From positions 1 through 10,282 of the IMG/VR virus record IMGVR_UViG_2917865565_000003: 10,282 nt of DNA. One strand, given 5' to 3'. The notes beneath the pieces are model-generated. The model did not search any database. It was not told the DNA's origin and saw nothing but the letters and a program-made list of their open reading frames with translations. Each line of letters starts with the position of its first letter. The stretch's first letter is position 1. The DNA is from a virus (lineage: Duplodnaviria; Heunggongvirae; Uroviricota; Caudoviricetes). Position numbers and translations under genes: made by a program. Shown here piece after piece: positions 1 to 6,114 of the stretch.

Positions 1-159
1 AGCGAGCATCACCTTCAACTGCCGGACGGTTAAATCAGCCATCAGCAGACTGTCGGTAATCTCGTTAGCAACGCGCATGAAACCATCTTCGGTATCTGCC
101 ACGCGATGCTCCACGACCTCCAGTTGAGGCCTGTAATCAGCTAACTTAACGACGCCCAT
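1..159 (-). CDS. O: Replication initiator O-like protein, N-terminal 53 codons only; the gene continues beyond the window start
   Basis: ATG at 159..157 preceded by AGGAGTG. Translation MGVVKLADYRPQLEVVEHRVADTEDGFMRVANEITDSLLMADLTVRQLKVMLA resembles the lambda O N-terminus (…VADLDDGYARLSNML…ADLTKRQFKVLLA, from memory). Position downstream of cII on the same strand. Confidence 0.7.
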   Translation of the reverse strand, partial: MGVVKLADYRPQLEVVEHRVADTEDGFMRVANEITDSLLMADLTVRQLKVMLA

Positions 160-307
160 GTTTCACTCCTGCTTTGGCTAGTCTGTAAACACCAACAAGG
201 CGCTCTGCGAACGCCCTGTTATTTGCTGCGGCTACCACTAATCCCTCAGGTGAATCAGGGTGTCGAATCTCTTCTTTTTCCTGGTATTTCTTACGACGTT
301 TTGTCAT
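146..307 (-). CDS. Small basic hypothetical protein (53 aa) between cII and O
   Basis: Not in the ORF track (under 60 aa). ATG 307..305 with AGGAG at 317..313 and a 5-nt spacer; stop TAA at 148..146 overlaps the O start by 12 nt. Translation MTKRRKKYQEKEEIRHPDSPEGLVVAAANNRAFAERLVGVYRLAKAGVKHGRR. Lambda has no gene here as far as I recall. Confidence 0.4.
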   Translation of the reverse strand: MTKRRKKYQEKEEIRHPDSPEGLVVAAANNRAFAERLVGVYRLAKAGVKHGRR

Positions 308-341
308 AATTACTCCTGTGGATTGATCCAGTCTTTCTACA

Positions 342-623
342 TCAGGCCTCGAAGAATTCGCCGTTCTTCGGGGCTTTTTCTTTTGTCAGGTAATCGGCAA
401 GCCGCTTAGTCAGTTCAGCCATTTCATCGTCTTCGATTCCGTATTCCAGAACAGCCAGCATCATGCTTACCTGCGAGAAGAAACCATTCTTCCATCGGCT
501 TACCTGGTATTCCGGAACCCCCATCGCGCGAGCGAATGTCTTCTGCCCCATCAGTGCCAGTTTGTTCAGCAAGGCTGACTCGATGCGAGCCGCTTTCTTG
601 CTTTTAGTTGCAATAGTACCCAT
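342..623 (-). CDS. cII: CII-like transcriptional activator (93 aa)
   Basis: Translation contains RIESALLNKLALMG…SRWK…SMMLAVLEYGIEDDEMA, matching lambda CII (…ALRIESALLNKIAMLG…SRWKR…SMLLAVLEWGVVDDDMA, from memory). AAGGAA Shine-Dalgarno upstream; position between cro-like gene and O. Confidence 0.85.
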   Translation of the reverse strand: MGTIATKSKKAARIESALLNKLALMGQKTFARAMGVPEYQVSRWKNGFFSQVSMMLAVLEYGIEDDEMAELTKRLADYLTKEKAPKNGEFFEA

Positions 624-630
624 AGATAAT
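598..630 (+). promoter_or_regulatory. pRE-like CII-dependent promoter: TTGC-N6-TTGC (598-601, 608-611) with a -10-like GATAAT at 625-630, antisense to cII/cro and directed toward cI
   Basis: The motif lies in cII codons 5-9 on the opposite strand, which is where pRE sits in lambda. -10 spacing is similar to lambda pRE. Confidence 0.5.
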
Positions 631-699
631 TTCCTTAATGATTAGATAGAGTTGGCTTCGCAAAGAAACGCAAAACCATAGAGATTTGTTTCTGGTAAT

Positions 700-731
700 G
701 CCCTTTTTCAGGGCGGGGATGTGTAAGAGCG
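700..731 (-). promoter_or_regulatory. nutR (boxB GCCCTGAAAAAGGGC at 700-714; boxA CGCTCTTAC at 723-731, read on the minus strand)
   Basis: Minus strand reads CGCTCTTACACATCCCCGCCCTGAAAAAGGGCAT, close to lambda nutR as I recall it; immediately downstream of the cro-like stop. Confidence 0.7.
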
Positions 732-739
732 TTAATAAC

Positions 740-970
740 TTAAGCGGCCATTAATTCAGGCCAGATGCTTTCCCAATCAACCGGATGAAGGTCTTTGCGA
801 GTCACTTCACCATTGCTGAACTTCTCAATCAGAACACAAAGTGCTGCGCCCAATTCATGATTACGGCTAAGTGCTTTCCTCAAATAGCCGATAGAAGTTC
901 CGCACTTGGTGGCAAATTCTCTCTGCTCTTCCAGTGAAAGGGAGTTCAGATACAAGCGGAGTTCTTCCAT
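740..970 (-). CDS. Cro-like HTH regulator (76 aa), functional Cro assigned by position
   Basis: Divergent from cI across the operator region and followed by nutR then cII. AAGGAG 7 nt upstream of ATG 970..968. Putative HTH around EQREFATKCGTSIGYLRKAL. Not lambda Cro by sequence. Confidence 0.65.
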   Translation of the reverse strand: MEELRLYLNSLSLEEQREFATKCGTSIGYLRKALSRNHELGAALCVLIEKFSNGEVTRKDLHPVDWESIWPELMAA

Positions 971-1002
971 TTGCTATCTCCTTCCCGTTGTTGAATAAGG
1001 TG

Positions 1003-1031
1003 AGTTTACCTGTAGGTAAAAAGCAAATCAA
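1003..1031 (-). promoter_or_regulatory. pR-like promoter for cro/cII/O: -35 TTGATT (1031..1026), 17-bp spacer, -10 TAAACT (1008..1003)
   Basis: Hexamers read on the minus strand; the -10 overlaps operator 1005-1020 and the -35 overlaps the degenerate site. Confidence 0.55.
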
Positions 1032-1060
1032 TACCCATAGGTTATTTACCGGCAGGTAAT
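1005..1060. promoter_or_regulatory. OR operator cluster: TTTACCTGTAGGTAAA (1005-1020), degenerate AATACCCATAGGTTAT (1030-1045), TTTACCGGCAGGTAAT (1045-1060)
   Basis: Palindromic 16-bp sites between the divergent cro-like and cI starts. The same consensus recurs at OL (2172-2187, 2197-2212). Centre-to-centre spacing of the first two sites (25 bp) equals that of the two OL sites. Confidence 0.7.
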
Positions 1061-1081
1061 CAAAGATAGAATTAAATCATG
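1042..1081 (+). promoter_or_regulatory. pRM-like promoter with leaderless cI start: -10 TAGAAT (1067-1072), weak -35 near 1042-1049, cI ATG at 1079
   Basis: Only 6 nt separate the -10 from the cI ATG and there is no Shine-Dalgarno upstream (GAATTAAATCATG), implying a leaderless mRNA as in lambda pRM. Confidence 0.5.
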
Positions 1082-1765
1082 GATAAATACGAACAAAGAC
1101 GACTAAGGCTGATAGAGATAAGAGACCGATTCTGTAATGGAAAGGCCTCAGAGTTGGCTCGTCGAATAGAAAGGGAACCATCATACGTTTCCAGAATGCT
1201 GTATCCGGAAGGAAAAAGCGGAAAAAAACGCATTGCTGACGATATGATGGAACTAATTGAAAAATCTTTTAATCTCCCACGCGGATGGATGGACATGCTT
1301 GTAGATGGTAAAGCTGGAGCTACAGACCATCTTGAGTTTGCGGGTAACGTTCGTGCGGGTTTTGTTCCGGTAATTGGTGAAGCCGTTTTGGGAGTTGATG
1401 GCTCAGTGGATATGATTGAATTCAGATCCGGTTGGTTAAGCATCTACAGCGGCGATAAAGATGCTTACGGTCTGAAGGTTAAGGGTGACAGCATGTGGCC
1501 AAGGATTCAGTCAGGAGAATATGTTGTTATTGAACCAAATACGCCAGTACATCCAGGTGATGAAGTCTTTGTAAGGACCAAAGACGGTCACAACATGATA
1601 AAGATCATGAACAAAACAAGAGACGGTGATTATCAGTTTAGTAGCATAAACAGTGATCACCGCCCAATCACTCTTCCTGTTGAAGAAGTTGATAAAATGC
1701 ATTTTGTTTCAGCTATTGTGAAACACACCAGGTACGTAGACCAGGACGATCTGCCAAAAGTTTGA
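1079..1765 (+). CDS. cI: CI-type prophage repressor with C-terminal S24 (LexA-like) autopeptidase domain, 228 aa
   Basis: Divergent from the cro-like gene across the operators. C-terminal half contains GDSMWP (Ser nucleophile motif) and a downstream Lys region (NMIKIMNK), typical of LexA/CI self-cleaving repressors. N-terminal domain is unlike lambda CI. Confidence 0.85.
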   Translation: MDKYEQRRLRLIEIRDRFCNGKASELARRIEREPSYVSRMLYPEGKSGKKRIADDMMELIEKSFNLPRGWMDMLVDGKAGATDHLEFAGNVRAGFVPVIGEAVLGVDGSVDMIEFRSGWLSIYSGDKDAYGLKVKGDSMWPRIQSGEYVVIEPNTPVHPGDEVFVRTKDGHNMIKIMNKTRDGDYQFSSINSDHRPITLPVEEVDKMHFVSAIVKHTRYVDQDDLPKV

Positions 1766-1779
1766 GGATAAAGCAGCAA

Positions 1780-2076
1780 ATGTTTATACCCGGCATAGTA
1801 GTCGCTGTTGTAATCATCTGCTTCATATGGGCACAGTTATCTCCTGTAAGCTCTAAGCATACAGCTGAACTCATGAGGAAGAAGCACCTTATACATGAGG
1901 CAGAATCGATAATTAAAAAGTTCAAAGGCATGTCATACGACGACATGTCATCAGAGCAGATTGCTATGTATAAATGCGCCATTGAGCGCCTTGACTACTT
2001 AAACGGACTCAAACCCAAACACACCCCAGTAGAATCAAAATTGCCGCAATGGCCAAGCAATCCAAATAGCTTCTGA
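1780..2076 (+). CDS. Small single-pass membrane protein (98 aa from ATG 1780), hypothetical, in the rex position
   Basis: Same frame as track ORF 1762..2076, whose TTG start overlaps the cI stop. ATG at 1780 with GAGGA at 1764-1768. One hydrophobic helix FIPGIVVAVVIICFIWAQL, then a charged soluble tail. Followed by an intrinsic terminator. Confidence 0.6.
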   Translation: MFIPGIVVAVVIICFIWAQLSPVSSKHTAELMRKKHLIHEAESIIKKFKGMSYDDMSSEQIAMYKCAIERLDYLNGLKPKHTPVESKLPQWPSNPNSF

Positions 2077-2087
2077 CATCTCCTTTC

Positions 2088-2109
2088 AGCCCGCAAAGCG
2101 GGCTTTTTT
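2088..2109 (+). terminator. Rho-independent terminator ending the cI operon
   Basis: Stem AGCCCGC / GCGGGCT with AAA loop, followed by TTTTTT (2104-2109). Confidence 0.75.
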
Positions 2110-2129
2110 ATATCAATCCAAAAAATTAA

Positions 2130-2214
2130 TTACCTGAAAATTCAAGCAGGTAAACTCTCACATCAATTTTATTTACCTACAGGTATAGACAGCAGTTTTA
2201 CCTGTAGGTATATT
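2130..2214 (+). promoter_or_regulatory. OL/pL: operators TTTACCTACAGGTATA (2172-2187) and TTTACCTGTAGGTATA (2197-2212); pL -35 TAGACA (2186-2191), 17-bp spacer, -10 TATATT (2209-2214); extra half-site pair TTACCTG (2130-2136) / CAGGTAA (2147-2153)
   Basis: Same operator consensus as OR. Promoter hexamers overlap the operators and point toward nutL and N. Confidence 0.7.
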
Positions 2215-2254
2215 TTAAGCCATCAGCAGGACGCACTAACCACCATGAAGGTGA

Positions 2255-2285
2255 TGCTCTTAAAAATTAAGCCCTGAAGAAGGGC
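2255..2285 (+). promoter_or_regulatory. nutL (boxA-like TGCTCTTAA 2255-2263; boxB GCCCTGAAGAAGGGC 2271-2285)
   Basis: Near-identical to lambda nutL as I recall it (…GCTCTTAAAAATTAAGCCCTGAAGAAGGGCAGCATTCAAAGCAG…). About 35-65 nt downstream of the predicted pL start. Confidence 0.8.
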
Positions 2286-2302
2286 AGCATTCAAAGCAGA
2301 AG

Positions 2303-2422
2303 GCTTTGGTGTGTGTGATACGAAACGAAGCATTGGCCGGAAGTGCGAATCCGGATTAGCTGCCAATGTGCCATTGCGGGGTGTTTTCGTTCAGGACTAC
2401 GACTCACACACACAACCAAAGC
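2303..2422 (+). other. Long-range stem in the N leader (GCTTTGGTGTGTGTGA … TCACACACACAACCAAAGC), equivalent to the RNase III-processed leader structure of lambda N
   Basis: The two arms are complementary with one bulge and enclose about 85 nt with further internal pairing (CCGGA…TCCGG). Lies between nutL and the N Shine-Dalgarno. Confidence 0.5.
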
Positions 2423-2442
2423 TAACTGACAGGAGAATCCAG

Positions 2443-2769
2443 ATGGATGCACAAACACGCCGCCGCGAACGTCGCGCAGAGAAACAGGCTCAATGGAAAG
2501 CAGCAAATCCCCTGTTGGTTGGGGTAAGCGCAAAACCAGTTAACCGCCCTATTCTCTCGCTGAATCGCAAACCGAAATCACGAGTAGAAAGCGCACTGAA
2601 TCCGATAGACCTTACGGTGCTGGCTGAATACCACGAACAGATTGAAAGCAATCTGCAACGTATTGAGCGCAAGAATCAGCGCACATGGTACAGCAAGCCA
2701 CGGAGTGAAATGGGTGTGACTTGTGTTGGTCGCCAGAAAATGAAATTAGGCAGCAAACCACTTATTTGA
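2443..2769 (+). CDS. N: Antitermination protein N (108 aa)
   Basis: MDAQTRRRERRAEKQAQWKAANPLLVGVSAKPVNRPILSLNRKPKSRVESALNPIDLTVLAEYH… is essentially lambda N. AGGAG at 2431-2435. The track ORF starting at 2311 is an upstream in-frame extension through the leader. Confidence 0.9.
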   Translation: MDAQTRRRERRAEKQAQWKAANPLLVGVSAKPVNRPILSLNRKPKSRVESALNPIDLTVLAEYHEQIESNLQRIERKNQRTWYSKPRSEMGVTCVGRQKMKLGSKPLI

Positions 2770-2780
2770 GAGGAATTAAT

Positions 2781-3404
2781 ATGTCATCAATCCGCTTAAC
2801 AACGAGAATGAAAGAGGAAATCGCTCGTAACGCTTTAATTAAGTCTGGGGTTTTCACTGAACTTGAAGAAGTAACAAAGTTAAAGAACCAGCTTGCACTT
2901 GACGCCAGAGTTATTGCGTTTGGCGGTAAAAAGAAAACTGAGGAAGTGGATCAGTTATCATCCAAGTTGGTAGCTATAAGTGAAGAACTTGAAAAGATGG
3001 GATGTTCATTTTACTCATACGATGTTCGTTCTACTTCAATTTATCTGACTGTATCTGGCAGAAGGGTTGGATGGCATTCATATGGGAAAGACGGCAACGG
3101 CGAAGATATATTGCTCCCTACTCCAACCAAAGATAAATGCATGTTTGACGCAGAACACGAAATAACAAAAAGGTTTGATGAAATCTGCGCATTGCAACAA
3201 AACCTTGAAGCCTTGAAAAAGGATATCGAATCAAATGTATGGGCTGCTTTGAACTCAGTCACAACAGTTAAGCGACTTATTGAAGTTTGGCCTGAAAGCA
3301 AAGAATTGCTACCAAAAGAAGCAGATAAAGCAAGTACAGCACTTCCTGCTTTACGGGTAGAAGATTTGAATAAGATGATTGGACTTCCTTCCGAGGCCGC
3401 ATAG
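2781..3404 (+). CDS. Hypothetical protein (207 aa from ATG 2781), unknown function
   Basis: ATG 2781 with GAGAGGA upstream, 11 nt after the N stop. Same frame as track ORF 2721..3404. Predicted largely helical with charged stretches. No motif I recognise. Confidence 0.6.
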   Translation: MSSIRLTTRMKEEIARNALIKSGVFTELEEVTKLKNQLALDARVIAFGGKKKTEEVDQLSSKLVAISEELEKMGCSFYSYDVRSTSIYLTVSGRRVGWHSYGKDGNGEDILLPTPTKDKCMFDAEHEITKRFDEICALQQNLEALKKDIESNVWAALNSVTTVKRLIEVWPESKELLPKEADKASTALPALRVEDLNKMIGLPSEAA

Positions 3405-3419
3405 TCGGCCTTTATTTTT
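3394..3419 (+). terminator. Rho-independent terminator (tL1-like position)
   Basis: Stem AGGCCG / CGGCCT with 6-nt loop containing the stop codon, followed by TTTATTTTT. Confidence 0.6.
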
Positions 3420-3448
3420 GGCATAAACAACAGAATAAACACTGCACT

Positions 3449-3476
3449 GTGTATTCATTCCAACGATTGAATACAC
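3449..3476. repeat. Perfect 9-bp inverted repeat GTGTATTCA-N10-TGAATACAC upstream of the next gene
   Basis: Exact reverse complements at 3449-3457 and 3468-3476. Candidate protein-binding site or RNA hairpin. Confidence 0.4.
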
Positions 3477-3578
3477 GGAGCAATGTCGCTCGTAACTAAA
3501 CAGGAGCCGACTTGTTCTGATTATTGGAAATCTTCTTTGCCCTCCAGTGTGAGGGCGATTTTTTTTGACGGAGAAATT

Positions 3579-3995
3579 ATGAAAATTACAGATATTCTGG
3601 TTAATCCAGATAATTACGACCAATTCAATATCTCTACTAAATCGGTTGATTTGGGATGTGCAACTGTCAGCGCATGGCTACTTAATGGTAAACAGTTGGA
3701 TAAATGCCTTGATGCACATATGACGGTTAACAGCTTCCTTGCAGAAAAGACACGCTGGCAAGATGCTGGAGGGAAATATGCTGAATGGCTTGAAAGCATG
3801 GGATTTGAATATCAATCTGATGAAGGTTGGTGGAGCATTATAGCTGTAACGCCTGAGACAATAGAATGCTTCGTTAAATACTCAAACGACGATGACTATA
3901 AACACCAGGTAGATTCTGCGATAGAAAGATACAAAAGAAAATCGTTCAACCACGAAATATCATCAGTTCTTGATTTCATAGAAATCTTCAAATAA
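3579..3995 (+). CDS. Hypothetical protein (138 aa from ATG 3579), unknown function
   Basis: GGAG at 3570-3573 with a 5-nt spacer to ATG 3579. The track ORF start at 3483 has only a 2-nt spacer and a poly-T run in the extension. No motif I recognise. Confidence 0.55.
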   Translation: MKITDILVNPDNYDQFNISTKSVDLGCATVSAWLLNGKQLDKCLDAHMTVNSFLAEKTRWQDAGGKYAEWLESMGFEYQSDEGWWSIIAVTPETIECFVKYSNDDDYKHQVDSAIERYKRKSFNHEISSVLDFIEIFK

Positions 3996-4078
3996 GCCGC
4001 CAAGCGCGGCTTTACCGCATACCAATAATGCTTCACCAGAGGCATTTCCGTTATGTGTAAATAAATAAGGAGCACACC

Positions 4079-4219
4079 ATGCAATATGCCATTGCAGGGT
4101 GGCCTGTTGCTGGCTGCCCTTCCGAATCTTTACTTGAACGAATCACCCGTAAATTACGTGACGGATGGAAACGCCTTATCGACATACTTAATCAGCCAGG
4201 AGTTCCAAAAAATGGATAA
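4079..4219 (+). CDS. cIII: CIII (46 aa), C-terminally shortened relative to the 54-aa lambda CIII
   Basis: MQYAIAGWPVAGCPSESLLERITRKLRDGWKRLIDILNQPGVPKNG then TAA; matches lambda CIII residues 1-46. AAGGAG at 4067-4072. Not in the ORF track (under 60 aa). Confidence 0.85.
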   Translation: MQYAIAGWPVAGCPSESLLERITRKLRDGWKRLIDILNQPGVPKNG

Positions 4220-4325
4220 AACACTTATGGCTATCCAGACTAAATTCACTATCGCCACTTTTATTGGCGATGAAAAGATGTTTCGTGAGGCCGTCGAAGC
4301 CTACAGGAAATGGAGGTCAAAATGA
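4212..4325 (+). CDS. kil: Kil-like host-killing protein (37 aa)
   Basis: MDKTLMAIQTKFTIATFIGDEKMFREAVEAYRKW… matches the lambda Kil N-terminus (MDQTLMAIQTKFTIATFIGDEKMFREAV…, from memory). Start overlaps the cIII 3' end in another frame, as in lambda. Confidence 0.7.
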   Translation: MDKTLMAIQTKFTIATFIGDEKMFREAVEAYRKWRSK

Positions 4326-4511
4326 TTCCGGTAGAACTGGCGAAAACTCCAGAGTTAAGTCGATTAAAAAAGAGAATATCACATTGCTGAGGCTCGTTAC
4401 TGGCGTAAAGCGGGAGATAAATCAAAGAAACAACTTTGTTTATGGCAGGCACAAAGAGAGCGCATGAATGAGCGCGAGTTTCTTTCCTCTCCATCCGAAT
4501 TACCATTCTGA
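4322..4511 (+). pseudogene. Small ORF interrupted at an A6 run: 22 codons from ATG 4322 (stop 4388-4390), then a 48-codon open frame to 4511 in the +1 frame
   Basis: ATG 4322 overlaps the kil stop (ATGA) with GGAGG at 4312-4316. Removing one A from the run at 4366-4371 would give a 63-aa product MIPVELAKTPELSRLKKREYHIAEARYWRKAGDKSKKQLCLWQAQRERMNEREFLSSPSELPF. Confidence 0.3.
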
Positions 4512-4519
4512 GGTGAATT

Positions 4520-5200
4520 ATGGGAACTGCGACATTAATACTCGGTGAGTCTGGCACCGGAAAATCAACCAGCATGAGAAATATCAATCCAGATGAAGCA
4601 ATACTTATAAAACCAATAGGCAAGCCGCTACCATTTAAATCAAAAGACTGGCTTGCATGGGATGCCAGAGCAAAAAAAGGAACTGTAGTTACCACTGACA
4701 AATGGGACGTAATAGTTGCCGTAATTAAGCGTGCTCACGAATACGGGAAAAGAATCGTTATTGTTGATGACTTCCAGTATGTGATGAGCAATGAGTTTAT
4801 GCGCCGCTCAGAAGAAAAATCGTTTGATAAATTCACTGAGATAGGCCGTCACGCATGGGAGGTCATTAAGGCTGCACAGGATGCGCCTGATGACCTGAGA
4901 GTCTATTTTCTTGCCCATACCGAAGAAACCCCTATGGGGCGTGTGAAAATGAAGACTATCGGCAAAATGCTGGACGAGAAAATCACTGTCGAAGGCATGT
5001 TTACTATAGTTCTTCGCACTCTTACCCGCGATGACCAGTTCTTTTTCACCACGAAAAACAACGGTGCAGACACTGTTAAATCCCCAATGGGAATGTTTGA
5101 TTCCAATGAGATTGATAACGATCTCTCTTTCGTCGATGCCACTGTTTGTGATTACTACGGCATCAATAATGTTCATCAAATTAAGGAAAACGCCGCATGA
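4520..5200 (+). CDS. Sak4-like P-loop ATPase (RecA-fold single-strand annealing recombinase family), 226 aa
   Basis: Walker A GESGTGKST at residues 9-17 and Walker B-like RIVIVDD. Size and N-terminal P-loop fit phage Sak4 proteins. Occupies the slot of Red bet/exo. GAGGTG Shine-Dalgarno. Confidence 0.7.
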   Translation: MGTATLILGESGTGKSTSMRNINPDEAILIKPIGKPLPFKSKDWLAWDARAKKGTVVTTDKWDVIVAVIKRAHEYGKRIVIVDDFQYVMSNEFMRRSEEKSFDKFTEIGRHAWEVIKAAQDAPDDLRVYFLAHTEETPMGRVKMKTIGKMLDEKITVEGMFTIVLRTLTRDDQFFFTTKNNGADTVKSPMGMFDSNEIDNDLSFVDATVCDYYGINNVHQIKENAA

Positions 5201-5784
5201 GCAACGTGATTTTTACTTATAACGAAGAAGCAGCACTGACCGCAGGACAAGGTGGTTTTATTAATGAAACTGGCGCTCATGTCATTACCATTACTGAAGC
5301 AGAGCTAAAGCAATCAGAAAAAGGCGCAAAATTTATTGAGTTTTCTGGCGAATCCGACGACGGACGTAAAATCCAATATCTTAGCGTTTGTGTTCAGAAA
5401 AATGACGGAACGGAAAACAAATTTGGCGCAAATGTCGTTCACGCCATGATGGGGTGTGCCGGGATTGGACAATTAACGCAACATATGGTTTCCGCCAGTA
5501 AATTTGTTGCTCCTGAGTTTCACGGAAAGAAAATCGGGTTAGTGCTACAGAAAGTATTAACCACAAACAAAAAGACTGGCGCAGACAGTTACCAGATGGA
5601 AATACGCATCCCGTTTATTGCACAAACAGGTCAAACCCTTAAAGAAAAGGCGGAAGGCAAGCAACCAGAAACTATCGCCAACATGGTTGCCAGCCTCAAA
5701 GATAAAGACAATCGCTCTAAAAACGTAAGCCAGAATCATGCAGATGATTATGGTTACAGCCAGAACGATTACCCTCCTTTCTGA
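5197..5784 (+). CDS. Putative SSB-like partner protein (195 aa) with acidic C-terminal tail ending …NDYPPF
   Basis: Start ATG overlaps the Sak4 stop (ATGA), implying translational coupling. The C-terminal DDYGYSQNDYPPF resembles the acidic D-x-PF tip of SSBs. Sak4 genes are commonly paired with an SSB. OB-fold not verified. Confidence 0.5.
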   Translation: MSNVIFTYNEEAALTAGQGGFINETGAHVITITEAELKQSEKGAKFIEFSGESDDGRKIQYLSVCVQKNDGTENKFGANVVHAMMGCAGIGQLTQHMVSASKFVAPEFHGKKIGLVLQKVLTTNKKTGADSYQMEIRIPFIAQTGQTLKEKAEGKQPETIANMVASLKDKDNRSKNVSQNHADDYGYSQNDYPPF

Positions 5785-5807
5785 TTACTGAAAATAAGGC
5801 TCCCATT

Positions 5808-6104
5808 ATGCCAGCGCCTCTGTATGGTGCGGATGACCCGCGCCGCTGTTCCGGCAATTCCGTATCGGAGGTGCTGGATAAATTCAGAAAAAACTACGAC
5901 CTGATAATGTCGCTACCGCAGGAAACGAAAGAGGAAAAGGAATTTCGCCATTGTATATGGCTTGCAGAGAAAGAAGAACGCGAGCGAATTTACCAGACAT
6001 CAATCCGACCATTCCGCAAAGCCACATATACCCACTTCCCTGAATATATCGACCCGCGCCTGCGTAATTACCGCTCACGCTATGGCGCTATCAGTAATGA
6101 CTGA
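5808..6104 (+). CDS. Hypothetical protein (98 aa)
   Basis: ATG 5808 with AAGG 8 nt upstream. Charged, helical-looking product. Same strand and tight spacing within the early-left operon. Confidence 0.55.
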   Translation: MPAPLYGADDPRRCSGNSVSEVLDKFRKNYDLIMSLPQETKEEKEFRHCIWLAEKEERERIYQTSIRPFRKATYTHFPEYIDPRLRNYRSRYGAISND

Positions 6105-6114
6105 GGAATTCACC

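Noticed and set aside
463-645. 60-aa plus-strand ORF
   Set aside because: Lies entirely antisense within cII and its leader, has no Shine-Dalgarno, and overlaps the pRE-like element. Likely a chance ORF.
1072-1443. 123-aa minus-strand ORF
   Set aside because: Antisense to the well-supported cI gene, with a Ser/Pro/Thr-rich low-complexity product and no Shine-Dalgarno.
2311-2442. Upstream extension of the N reading frame (track ORF starts at 2311)
   Set aside because: The extension covers the structured N leader. The conserved N sequence and its AGGAG Shine-Dalgarno define the start at 2443.
3483-3578. Upstream start (ATG 3483) for the 138-aa gene
   Set aside because: Only a 2-nt spacer after GGAG and a poly-T run in the extension; the ATG at 3579 has a properly spaced Shine-Dalgarno. 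Cannot be fully excluded.
3041-3623. Minus-strand ORFs 3041-3442 and 3351-3623
   Set aside because: Antisense to plus-strand genes and the terminator within a unidirectional operon; no Shine-Dalgarno.
4261-5179. Minus-strand ORFs 4261-4701, 4808-5179 and 4903-5142
   Set aside because: Antisense to kil and the Sak4-like gene; low-complexity translations consistent with chance open frames.
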